Part shown: piece after piece, positions 34,443 to 42,844 of the stretch
Numbering within the stretch: the first letter of the stretch is position 1
Layout: each line of letters begins with the position of its first letter
NCBI GenBank assembly: GCA_021792255.1
Contig: JAJYUZ010000004.1
Coordinates: 1 to 64,000 of the forward strand
Direction: 5' to 3'
Length of the DNA: 64,000 nucleotides
Origin: Thermoplasmata archaeon
GTDB taxonomy: Archaea; Thermoplasmatota; Thermoplasmata; Thermoplasmatales; GCA-001856825
The notes under the pieces: model-generated
Seen by the model: only the letters and a program-made list of their open reading frames with translations
What the model was told of the DNA's origin: nothing
Database searches by the model: none
Made by a program: the position numbers and the translations under genes

Positions 34443-34744
34443 ATGAAAATTACCATAGATCCAGGCTGAGACGTACAGAGTGCATACAAGGAGTGGGTGC
34501 AGACCCTCGCAACGCCCTGGCACTCGGAATATGCAACGGATCCGGGAGTGCAGACTGAAAATTTGACAGCCTAAAGAGCGCTCCCCTCATTTGTACTGAT
34601 AGTGGAGGCGATGCAAACGAAATTGTATCAGAGAGGTGAAGGAAGATAGAGGGAAGATACAAGACAATCGAAGCCGGTCGCATTCCAGTGGTCACCAAAC
34701 CTGATGAAACGGTCCGAGCCATTTTAGACCTGTCAATTGGGTGA
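34443..34744 (+). pseudogene. eroded C-terminal fragment of an alpha/beta-hydrolase (esterase)
   Basis: own translation: MKITIDPG*DVQSAYKEWVQTLATPWHSEYATDPGVQTENLT, -1 shift near 34571, LKSAPLICTDSGGDANEIVSER*RKIEGRYKTIEAGRIPVVTKPDETVRAILDL; resembles the esterase C-terminal I-D-A-G-H-x-P-x-x-T-x-P-D-E motif. Confidence 0.55.
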
Positions 34745-34795
34745 ACCTAGAGCATGAATTACAAAGTCCTTAAAGACAGGCTTTAGCCCATGGTC

Positions 34796-35410
34796 TCACT
34801 TTAGAATCCTTCCGGTCATCAAGTACCAGATAACGAGGTCCATTATTCCGGGTTCCAGACCATACTTAGTCGAAATATGGAGAAACAGTTTTTCTTCCCT
34901 TTCATAGTCCTTCTTGCTTTTGATTTGAATGTCCTTGTCAAAGTAGCTTGAAAGAAAGCTCTGAATGTGCTTATCCAGGATGGGATAGTCAAAATATCCA
35001 ATGTTCCTCAGAAAATGTGAAGATTCTTTCATCCCAATTCCCATATATCTTTCCATAAGCAGGCTCCTCCTATCTTTCGACTTCAGTATTTCTTCAAGCG
35101 AGGTTCTGTTCTCGTAGTTCATCGCAATGAATCGCGATCTTGTGTTTGGAAACCTATAATGACAGCCCACTAGAGCTTTCCTCAGGCTGGCTTCGTCAAA
35201 TCTACTGAGTCTATCCAGAGCTTCTTGGCATCTCAGTCCCATTTCGGCTGAGGTGTTAGCGGTCAGAGTACAGAATGTAAGTTCCGAGAATTTCTCGGCA
35301 TTGCTTGCCCGTCCTTTACTGGAAAACTCTTCTTTCTTTTTGAGAATGATAGCAAAAATTTTCTCGTCATTGATGACGGAATCAATCTTTCCGTCGAGAG
35401 ATTGGAGCAT
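34796..35410 (-). CDS. ogg: 8-oxoguanine DNA glycosylase/AP lyase (Ogg2)
   Basis: ELTFCTLTAN, YRFPN, GIGMKESSHFLRNIG HhH, ILDKH. Confidence 0.93.
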   Translation of the reverse strand: MLQSLDGKIDSVINDEKIFAIILKKKEEFSSKGRASNAEKFSELTFCTLTANTSAEMGLRCQEALDRLSRFDEASLRKALVGCHYRFPNTRSRFIAMNYENRTSLEEILKSKDRRSLLMERYMGIGMKESSHFLRNIGYFDYPILDKHIQSFLSSYFDKDIQIKSKKDYEREEKLFLHISTKYGLEPGIMDLVIWYLMTGRILK

Positions 35411-35577
35411 CCAAAAAGTTATGCGTTCTATAATCTATACTTTACGTTGATCTGCACCTCTCTGTAGATCTATTATGCTTTCACTAAAAGAAATTGCTTG
35501 TTTGCCATCAATAGAATTTGTCTACAACACAAATCATATTTATATTTAATAGTTATACATTATAACGGTGAATATAA

Positions 35578-35793
35578 ATGGGCGATCTTACACCACCCGC
35601 TCAAAAAGTTTATGATACCCTTAAAAGACTTGGGTCAACCACAGAAGACAAACTGAAGACCGCAGACGACATTATGAAGGGAAGTGCAATGGGCAAAGGT
35701 CTGGTAACCAATGCGCTTCAGGAACTTCAGAACAAGGGATATGTAAAGAGGGTCGTTAGGCAAAAGAGTGCAGGGTACTTCGTTGTCAAATGA
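35578..35793 (+). CDS. small basic winged-helix protein
   Basis: 71 aa, Lys-rich, KGLVTNALQELQNKGYVKR recognition helix plus AGYFVVK wing; AT-rich promoter and GGTGA SD. Confidence 0.8.
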   Translation: MGDLTPPAQKVYDTLKRLGSTTEDKLKTADDIMKGSAMGKGLVTNALQELQNKGYVKRVVRQKSAGYFVVK

Positions 35794-36962
35794 ACAAGAC
35801 ACTAGTCCTGTGCGTTGACCGGGACAATGATTTTGGAGAGAAAGCGGGAGTAAAATCTCCCATTATGGGAAGAGGTGCAAATCTAGATGCGGCAAACTCC
35901 CTCATCCTGAGAGACGCAGAGGATTCTGACTCTAATGCACTTTTTTCAGCTATTTCCACATACGATTCTTTGGTCAAGGGGGGAGAGAACGTTGAGATCG
36001 CAACGATATGCGGAAACAAGAACGTTGGAACGGTTTCTGACGAAATCTTGGGTAGACAGATAGACGAAGTGATTTCATCTCTAAATCCGAACGACGTCGT
36101 AGTTGTCTCCGATGGAGCTGAGGACGATTTTATTCTACCTTTGATTCAAAGCAGGATCAAGATTCGAGCGATCAAGAGAGTCACCGTAAGGCAAGCACCC
36201 CAAATAGAATCGCTGTATTACATAGTAATCAAAGCATTGAAAGAAGAAAAGTTTCTTAAAAAGGTGCTTGTGCCAATTGGAGTAGCTTTCTTGGTGCTGG
36301 GGCTCACAATACTTTTTGTCCTCGGGTTGAGAGTTTACTTCTATGGGCTAAATAGCCTGGATCCAGCTACTACGGGGTTCATGACCGTTGTTTCGGCAAT
36401 CGGAATTTATTTCATAAACAAAGCATACTCGATGGGAAAAAGGATACGAGACGGAGTTTCAAAGCTGGTCGAAGAATTCGTAAACACGAGGGTGACGGTA
36501 TTTTCGCTGCTCATCTCTATCGCTGTTTTCGCCTATGGCATTTACAGCGGTCTTGTTGTGGCTTTTAGTACAAAGTTGGCAATCCTAGGTATCATCTACT
36601 TGATCTACAGAATCGTTCCTTTCACGATAGCAGCTATTTTGATATTTGATACGGGAAGAATAGTAGAGGGATTTCTGATATATGAAAAGGGGAAGAGGTC
36701 AGAAGTGATTAAGTCCTACCTACTCTCGGCATCGTTTTACATTAGTTTCTTTGCTGCAGTTCTCGGTCTCCTTTCGTTCGTCATTTTCGGATATCAGACG
36801 GGGACGATAAAAGCTGACTATCTGGTGCTTGCAATTGTCTTGACGGTGCTTGGAGTGGGCCTCGGTGTGATAATATCCATATTTAGAAGGAAATATGCAA
36901 AAGGACTTCAGGATCTCAGCGAAGAAAGTGGAGCTTCACAAAAGGATAGTCGCGACCTTTAG
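35790..36962 (+). CDS. DUF373 family membrane protein
   Basis: LVLCVDRDNDFG, DAEDSDSN, VSDGAEDD, VRQA then multiple TM helices. Confidence 0.9.
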   Translation: MNKTLVLCVDRDNDFGEKAGVKSPIMGRGANLDAANSLILRDAEDSDSNALFSAISTYDSLVKGGENVEIATICGNKNVGTVSDEILGRQIDEVISSLNPNDVVVVSDGAEDDFILPLIQSRIKIRAIKRVTVRQAPQIESLYYIVIKALKEEKFLKKVLVPIGVAFLVLGLTILFVLGLRVYFYGLNSLDPATTGFMTVVSAIGIYFINKAYSMGKRIRDGVSKLVEEFVNTRVTVFSLLISIAVFAYGIYSGLVVAFSTKLAILGIIYLIYRIVPFTIAAILIFDTGRIVEGFLIYEKGKRSEVIKSYLLSASFYISFFAAVLGLLSFVIFGYQTGTIKADYLVLAIVLTVLGVGLGVIISIFRRKYAKGLQDLSEESGASQKDSRDL

Positions 36963-37518
36963 GTTCAATCCATATAGAGATTTTCTAGCCGGGATTGAAC
37001 TGAACAGCATAATTGCAGAGAATCTATGGCACAAGCTTCCAAAGAAGAGAGTCGTAAGCGTCATAGGACCTTCCAATCCTTCCAGCGGGCCAGAAGGATA
37101 TGTGATAGTGGCAGACTCGGCCCTCGATCATTACGATGGAAGGTGCGATATGATCGTTTCAGACTTGGATGGGCCAGTTGACAAGATACTGAATCACGAA
37201 GAGAGCATCAAAGTAATTCACGCTCATGGAGATAACATTGAAAAACTTAGGGAACACGTCCCAAGCATGAAGGGGACCGTCCTGGGAACTACTCAGAGCA
37301 TTCCTCTCAAGAGAGTAAGGAACATAGGGGGATTCACTGATGGTGACCGGAGTGTGATCATGGGCACTTTGGTCGGTGCAAGCCTGATATATGTTCACGG
37401 TTTTGATTACGCTCATCCGGTGGATACTCCCTCTGAAGAAAAACTGAAAAAAATGCAATTTGGGAAAGAAATAATCGATAACATAAAAAGCGCAAAAGTT
37501 GTATACGTCCGAGGATGA
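36895..37518 (+). CDS. mptE: 6-hydroxymethyl-7,8-dihydropterin pyrophosphokinase MptE-like (DUF115)
   Basis: VADSA, VSDLDG, HAHGDN, GTTQ, GGFTDGDR, KLKKM. Confidence 0.85.
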   Translation: MQKDFRISAKKVELHKRIVATFRFNPYRDFLAGIELNSIIAENLWHKLPKKRVVSVIGPSNPSSGPEGYVIVADSALDHYDGRCDMIVSDLDGPVDKILNHEESIKVIHAHGDNIEKLREHVPSMKGTVLGTTQSIPLKRVRNIGGFTDGDRSVIMGTLVGASLIYVHGFDYAHPVDTPSEEKLKKMQFGKEIIDNIKSAKVVYVRG

Positions 37519-37952
37519 TTATCGCTGATAGTATGCTCGGCAAGCTGTCAAGGTACCTGAGAATGATTGGCTATGACGTCGAGTACGTAGAAAGTGACAA
37601 GGATGATTCTTATATAGTCAACAGATCCGAAAACAACTTGATTCTCACGAGGGACAAACAGCTGCACGAGAAATTGAGGAATTCGGTTCTCATAAAATCC
37701 TACAGTCCTATCGAGCAGCTTGAGGAGCTTAAGGACAAATTGCCAGCTCCACAGCATCGCTTCATGGAATTGTGCAGCATCTGCGGCGCGGTCCTTGAAA
37801 AAACTGAAGTCAAGGAAGGTTTACCGGATTACGTCAATAGAGATGCGATAGAGATATTCTACTGCAGAAATTGTGACAAATTTTACTGGAACGGAAGTCA
37901 CACCGAAAACTTCAGAAAAATTGCGGAGAGGGCGGGCATTGAGATTCTCTAG
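37515..37952 (+). CDS. Mut7-C RNase domain protein (PIN-like + Zn ribbon, DUF82)
   Basis: ADSMLGKLSRYLRMIGYD, LTRD, CSICG, CRNCDKFYWNGSH. Confidence 0.92.
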   Translation: MIIADSMLGKLSRYLRMIGYDVEYVESDKDDSYIVNRSENNLILTRDKQLHEKLRNSVLIKSYSPIEQLEELKDKLPAPQHRFMELCSICGAVLEKTEVKEGLPDYVNRDAIEIFYCRNCDKFYWNGSHTENFRKIAERAGIEIL

Positions 37953-38934
37953 CCAGAAAGAACTTTTGAATATCGAGGTCGCAAGCGGAGAAGATCTCTG
38001 GTACCTTTCTCTTCTGATTAAAGAAGGCGACGTTCTCGTTGCTGAAGTGCTGAGGAGAGTAGAACGGAAGGAGGACGTCATTAGAAGCAAGAAAACGGAA
38101 CGAGAACGGATAAAAGTATCTATCAAGATAGAAAGCTTAGAGTTCGAAGAAATCTCCTCGAGGTTACACATCTTAGGGCAGATAACGAGTGGGCCGGAAG
38201 ATTATCTTGGAGAACACCAGTCTATAAATGTTGAACCTGGGTCCAACCTCATTATCCTCCCACATGACAGAGATGGCTTCATCAGAAACTTGGAAGAGGC
38301 ATCAAATTTGACAAACTCGACCGTACTTGTCCTTTCCACAGACGATCAAAATATCACACTGTTCGGAATCAACGAATCGAGTAATGAAATGATCTGGAGG
38401 ATTCCGACAGGTTCGGGTAAAATGTACGAAGGAAAGGAGGCCAACAACCGTTACGAGTTCCTCGAGAGACTGGAGGGCTATAGACAGTCAGAGATCTACG
38501 TAATTGGGCCATCGATATTCAGGGATTCGACCTCCAAGCTGCTATCGCAGAACGGCTACAAGGCGATCAACACGCAGGTCGGGAGCTCTGAAGAGGACGG
38601 GATAAGGGAACTCCTACAGGAAGGGATCATAAATCTCAGGAGAAGTGTAGAAAGCAAGCTCGTCACCGATTTCTTGAAGGGAGTTGGAAGTGGCATGTCT
38701 TCCTACGGAAAGAAAGAGGTAGAAAGAGCTCTGGACATTCGTTCCGTATCTACACTGCTGATGTCGGATAAATTCTTCAAGAGCTCACGAGTGACCGACT
38801 ACTTGACAAAGTGCTATAATGGTGGGTGCAAGCTCTTCGTTGTCCACAGCTCTTGGGAAACAGGGAAAGTGATAGAATCCTACGGGGGTATCGTAGCTCT
38901 ACTCAGGTTCAGGACCGACTTTTCATCCGCCTGA
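37939..38934 (+). CDS. pelA: pelota (aPelota) ribosome rescue / mRNA surveillance factor
   Basis: EDLWYL..LI.EGD, RLHILGQI, GEHQS, YGKKEV..AL, YGGIVALLRF; TTG at 37939 chosen as start. Confidence 0.92.
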   Translation: MRFSSQKELLNIEVASGEDLWYLSLLIKEGDVLVAEVLRRVERKEDVIRSKKTERERIKVSIKIESLEFEEISSRLHILGQITSGPEDYLGEHQSINVEPGSNLIILPHDRDGFIRNLEEASNLTNSTVLVLSTDDQNITLFGINESSNEMIWRIPTGSGKMYEGKEANNRYEFLERLEGYRQSEIYVIGPSIFRDSTSKLLSQNGYKAINTQVGSSEEDGIRELLQEGIINLRRSVESKLVTDFLKGVGSGMSSYGKKEVERALDIRSVSTLLMSDKFFKSSRVTDYLTKCYNGGCKLFVVHSSWETGKVIESYGGIVALLRFRTDFSSA

Positions 38935-39120
38935 AAACGATTTGATTATGGTTATATCGTCTTCATCTCCGAGCTGGATATCCTCTGGAATGGGTCTCCC
39001 ATTTCTCATTATGATGGCGGAGCTGGAGCTCAGGCCTAGCTGTTTCAAAACGGTCTGACCGCTCTTGTCTCCTTCGATTTGAATTTCTCCATTTTCTCCG
39101 AAAATCTTTATCCTCACCAT
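38923..39120 (-). CDS. ubiquitin-like beta-grasp protein (SAMP/ThiS/MoaD)
   Basis: 65 aa, LKQLGL, RNGRPIPED, C-terminal SGG. Confidence 0.9.
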   Translation of the reverse strand: MVRIKIFGENGEIQIEGDKSGQTVLKQLGLSSSSAIIMRNGRPIPEDIQLGDEDDITIIKSFSGG

Positions 39121-39502
39121 TCTCTAAGCAAGTGGTAATTGGAAGGTGCGATAAAACCTTTGATAACCTTCATTTATTCTTCTTTGCCTTTCCAAGTTCC
39201 CACTAAAGATGGTAAAGTTAGCTTCGTTCCCATTATTATCTTCTTTATCCCGACATGGACCCCTCACCTCTGTTCTTCACACCCTCAAGGGGGTGAGGAT
39301 AACCTTCCTTGTCAGTGGCAGTAATGTGGTGAAGAGACTGGATGCAAAGGGTGATAATGAAATTAGGGAGAATTTCTAAGAACTTTATGGACTAGTAGTT
39401 GTGCTTGCAAAAAAATGTTGTTTACAATCGTTAGAAATTTACTGTTTTGGCCCTTTCTTCTGCGTAAGGTTTATTTTTGGCCATCAATTATTAAAAGCAC
39501 AG

Positions 39503-39688
39503 ATGAAAGTGACTCCTGTAGTAACTAGCGCAGTTCTTATGGTGGTGGGAGTAGCGTTGTATTTCCTAGCCAGCTTTACGATATTTGGATGGATAGGGAT
39601 ATTTTTAGCAATAGGAGGGCTCGTCTTACTTGTCAGAGCCTTGAACCAAGGGACTCCAAAGAAGAAGGAAAAACTTCTCAAAAATTAG
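39503..39688 (+). CDS. small two-TM membrane protein
   Basis: MKVTPVV.. two hydrophobic helices and a basic tail; TTTATTT ~30 nt upstream. Confidence 0.55.
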   Translation: MKVTPVVTSAVLMVVGVALYFLASFTIFGWIGIFLAIGGLVLLVRALNQGTPKKKEKLLKN

Positions 39689-39704
39689 TTCTTTGAATTT
39701 TGTA

Positions 39705-40852
39705 GAGGATTTCGAAAACCCTCTTGTTTGACCAAGTTTGATAACAGAAATCTTTATCCATGCTATGGCCATTAAACGGCATGGCCAGCTTACTTGATGA
39801 ATCAATCAAGGAGAAGTACAGGCAGTACTTCATCAACGATCCCCTCAAGTTCATGAAGGAGTCAATAGACTGGCGCGTCTTTCCGCCTTTATTGAAGGAT
39901 CTATACCACAACGACACAGAAGAGGGAGGAAGGCCCAACATTCCCATAATCAACATGGTCAAGATACTCTTCCTCCAGTCTCTATACAACCTCTCTGACC
40001 AGCAGGCAGAGAAGGAGATTCATTACAGGACATCCTTGATGAACTTCCTTGACTACCCTGACATTCTTCCAGACTCAAAGACCATATGGTTCTTCCGTGA
40101 GAGGCTGTCGAAGACGGGAAGGGATAGAATCGTATGGAACGAGCTGCAACGGCAGCTTGATTCCAAGGGCATAAAGATAAGAAGGGGAACCATACAGGAT
40201 GGCACTTTCATCACCTCCGATCCCTGCCATGAGAAGCACAAGGAAACGAGAGAACTGGCAAAGACAAGAAGGTCAAAGGATGGAACGTTCACCAAGAAGA
40301 ACAACAAGACCTTCTTTGGTTACAAGGGTCGTATTCTGACGGACGACAATTCCGTACCGTTTATCAAGTCATATGCAGTGACATCAGCATCCGTTCACGA
40401 CTCAAGGATAGACCTATCAAGAAAGGGCATACCCGTTTACAGGGATTAAGGCTACTTCCGAGTTAGGCCAAAGGGATACGATGTCACTATGGCAAAGGCT
40501 CTCAGAGGTTTCAGTCTCAGCATAAGGAGCATCCTCAGGAATAGAAGAATATCTAGGAAGAGAGCATTGGTGGAATATCAGTTTGCCATCATCAAAAGGG
40601 TATTCCACTTCTCACACACCTTGGTAACTCTATCCAGAAGAGTTAGAGTCAAATTCATGTTCTCATGCTTCGCTTACAATCTCTTCGCACTGAATATTAT
40701 GAAGGGATAGCTATGGCTATCCATAATATCTAAAAAATAGGGAGAAAATAGAGCAAAAAGAGGTTATTCTACGGACACTGTAACAAGAATATCGGTCTCT
40801 CTGCCCTAACATCAATTTACTCTCTAAAACTGATAGGTTATTCGGAATCCTC
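39705..40852 (+). mobile_element. IS5-family insertion sequence, 1148 bp, with terminal inverted repeats and TA target duplication
   Basis: left end GAGGATTTCGAAAACC from 39705; right end GGTTATTCGGAATCCTC ending 40852 (reverse complement GAGGATTCCGAATAACC); TA immediately outside both ends; encloses a DDE transposase. Confidence 0.9.
39760..40710 (+). pseudogene. IS5-family DDE transposase interrupted by one in-frame stop
   Basis: IDW, GGRP, LQSLYNLSD, PDSKTIWFFRE, IQDGTFI, FGYK, SVHD, then YRD*GY (TAA 40447-40449 at the DKGY lysine); same frame continues to RALVEYQFAIIKR. Confidence 0.9.
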
Positions 40853-41012
40853 TAGGGTGTATGAGCATCTAGATATAACGGCATAGTTTTGGCACTACAG
40901 AAGACTTAATCGGTCAATACCGAAAAATACGCTGTCGCAAGGCATTATTAGTGCACATCCACGTAAAGTCACGGCAGTAACATTTATATATTGTATTTCA
41001 AGTCTTTCATTC

Positions 41013-41981
41013 ACGAAAGTCAAATTCTTACTCATAGTTTTCGTAGGGGCAACAATGATACTGTCAGCAGGATTCATCGGAATGGCTAACGCAACTAGCG
41101 AGCCAGGGACTGCCGCAATTCTGCATGAAACTCTTAACGCAAACGCTTACAACCTTAATGGCCATCAACAGCGGGCTCCTCCTAGCGGTTATGGAGCATG
41201 GGAGAGCATAAACGGTGGCCCTTGGATCAAACAGAAACTTTTAACCCAAAATGGCAGCAATTACACTGGACCGGTTCTGACTCCAGGTCAGGGTGGAGAA
41301 GGAGGAAGTAACGGGATCGAAGGCGTTTATGCATCTTCTGGAGTCATAAATAATGTGGAAGAGACAGTTGCTTTCTCTCAATATTCTGGGGAATATGACA
41401 GCATCACGGGCACATCCAATACGTGGAGTGTTCAGGTAAATAGTAACTATTTCGGTAGCAGTAACGACCGCTGGGTTCAGTGGGGTCTAATAAACAACTA
41501 CGATAGTTACTCTCAATTCACGGTCGTCGAATGGTACGATATCAATCAGCCTGGAGCCAATATAAATAATTTCGTTTACATACCTACACAAACGCTCTCA
41601 ACTTCCATTGATATTATAATAACCGCCAGTGCTGAGAACGGCAATCTTCAAGGAATTCTAGACATTGTTACACCGTCTGGTAGTAATGAATGGGTGGTGA
41701 ACCTGCAGGACAAGTACAACCTAGAAGGAAATTGGTCATCGGTCAGCGGTACTATCCTTGGTGCCGCCCAAGGAAGTACAGCAGAATTTACAAACCCTAC
41801 AACAGATATGAAATGGATTAATGCAAGTGCCCCATCGCCCATGAACGCATATCAGAGTCCTACATTCATAACCGGGGAACAGAACAACTTAAGCATCGAA
41901 TCGATCACAACGAACTGGGATAACTATCCAGGATTTTACGAGTTTAACCTGGGCGTAGAATCAAGTACGGAGGTACAATGA
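41013..41981 (+). CDS. secreted beta-rich protein, possibly thermopsin/glutamic-peptidase-like (ACG at 41013 or ATG at 41055 as start)
   Basis: signal peptide KVKFLLIVFVGATMILSAGFIGMANA; WSVQVNSN, WVQW, TGEQNNL motifs; Asn/Ser/Thr/Gly-rich. Confidence 0.7.
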   Translation, partial: TKVKFLLIVFVGATMILSAGFIGMANATSEPGTAAILHETLNANAYNLNGHQQRAPPSGYGAWESINGGPWIKQKLLTQNGSNYTGPVLTPGQGGEGGSNGIEGVYASSGVINNVEETVAFSQYSGEYDSITGTSNTWSVQVNSNYFGSSNDRWVQWGLINNYDSYSQFTVVEWYDINQPGANINNFVYIPTQTLSTSIDIIITASAENGNLQGILDIVTPSGSNEWVVNLQDKYNLEGNWSSVSGTILGAAQGSTAEFTNPTTDMKWINASAPSPMNAYQSPTFITGEQNNLSIESITTNWDNYPGFYEFNLGVESSTEVQ

Positions 41982-42466
41982 AACATCAAAAAATGTTGAT
42001 AGCTTTAATAGCAGTGACCGTAGTAGTCTTGACTGTTTCTGGATTTGCAGTGACATTTTACCCTGATCAAGAATCTCGAGTACTATTTAGTACTGGAACT
42101 CTAGTTATAGGGAATGGAGGGGAACTTTACGGTTTCACTGTGTATAAAAACATGACCAATGTTCACATCAGTGGGACTTTTGCTTCTAATAGCAGTGTTG
42201 ATTTTGTAATAGGGTACATTGGTCAAAATCTTACGGGTGGCATTCCCGTAAAAGACGCATATATTGCTTACTACGTATGGTCTAGCGGTAACACCACGGG
42301 TAAAAGTATATCCGTCTCTCTTCCGGCTCTTTCGAACTCACAATTTGATGTTGTTTACGCCGTTGGTTTCACCCATGGAAGTGCAATGGCCAATTCTAAT
42401 GGCACTCTCGACATCGTAGAGATAAATGTAACAACTCCGATAGTTCTGACTTATTTATCTTCTTGA
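41978..42466 (+). CDS. membrane-anchored hypothetical extracellular protein
   Basis: N-terminal TM (LIALIAVTVVVLTVSGFAV), beta-rich with sequons; ATGA overlap with the upstream gene. Confidence 0.7.
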   Translation: MKHQKMLIALIAVTVVVLTVSGFAVTFYPDQESRVLFSTGTLVIGNGGELYGFTVYKNMTNVHISGTFASNSSVDFVIGYIGQNLTGGIPVKDAYIAYYVWSSGNTTGKSISVSLPALSNSQFDVVYAVGFTHGSAMANSNGTLDIVEINVTTPIVLTYLSS

Positions 42467-42844
42467 AATTTTGCTCGTATCTTCTGATGAGATTCCTGTA
42501 CCGCCCAAATAATCAACTTTTAAGGGGAAAGGGCCGAATGTATAATTCCTTCTAGAGAAGCAGACAAGAGACGAGATAATCAATAAAGAAAGCTATGACA
42601 TAATTCGAGCACGAATCAGGAGACATTAAACAAAATGTGGAGTTCGGTAGTTGTCGAAATAACGGACACCTTTTCTTTACAGATAGTAAGAGTACCTACA
42701 GGTTCTTTGTGCGATTCAAGTGTCATTACCAGGTCTGGATAAAGAGCAGTAGCTCGTTTGTCCACACTAACCCGATACAGATGCTCTGGGATTCTAAACA
42801 ATATTTTTCTTCAAATTCAAATAGGTGGTCAGAATTTCATTCGA

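Noticed and set aside
34405-34795. Candidate RNase P/SRP RNA or hammerhead ribozyme (CTGATGA at ~34701) in a 390-nt gap
   Set aside because: No RNase P P4 motifs, no SRP helix-8 motif, and no stem plus GAAA after CTGATGA. The region is better explained as a hydrolase pseudogene.
39121-39400. ORF 39139-39324 and CCTCACC/GGTGAGG hairpin; possible IS scar
   Set aside because: The peptide is not protein-like, no partner IR was found, and a 7-bp stem can occur by chance.
42467-42844. Short ORFs 42616-42801 (-) and 42637-42870 (+)
   Set aside because: No motif or convincing start context. Possibly decayed islet DNA but unsupported.
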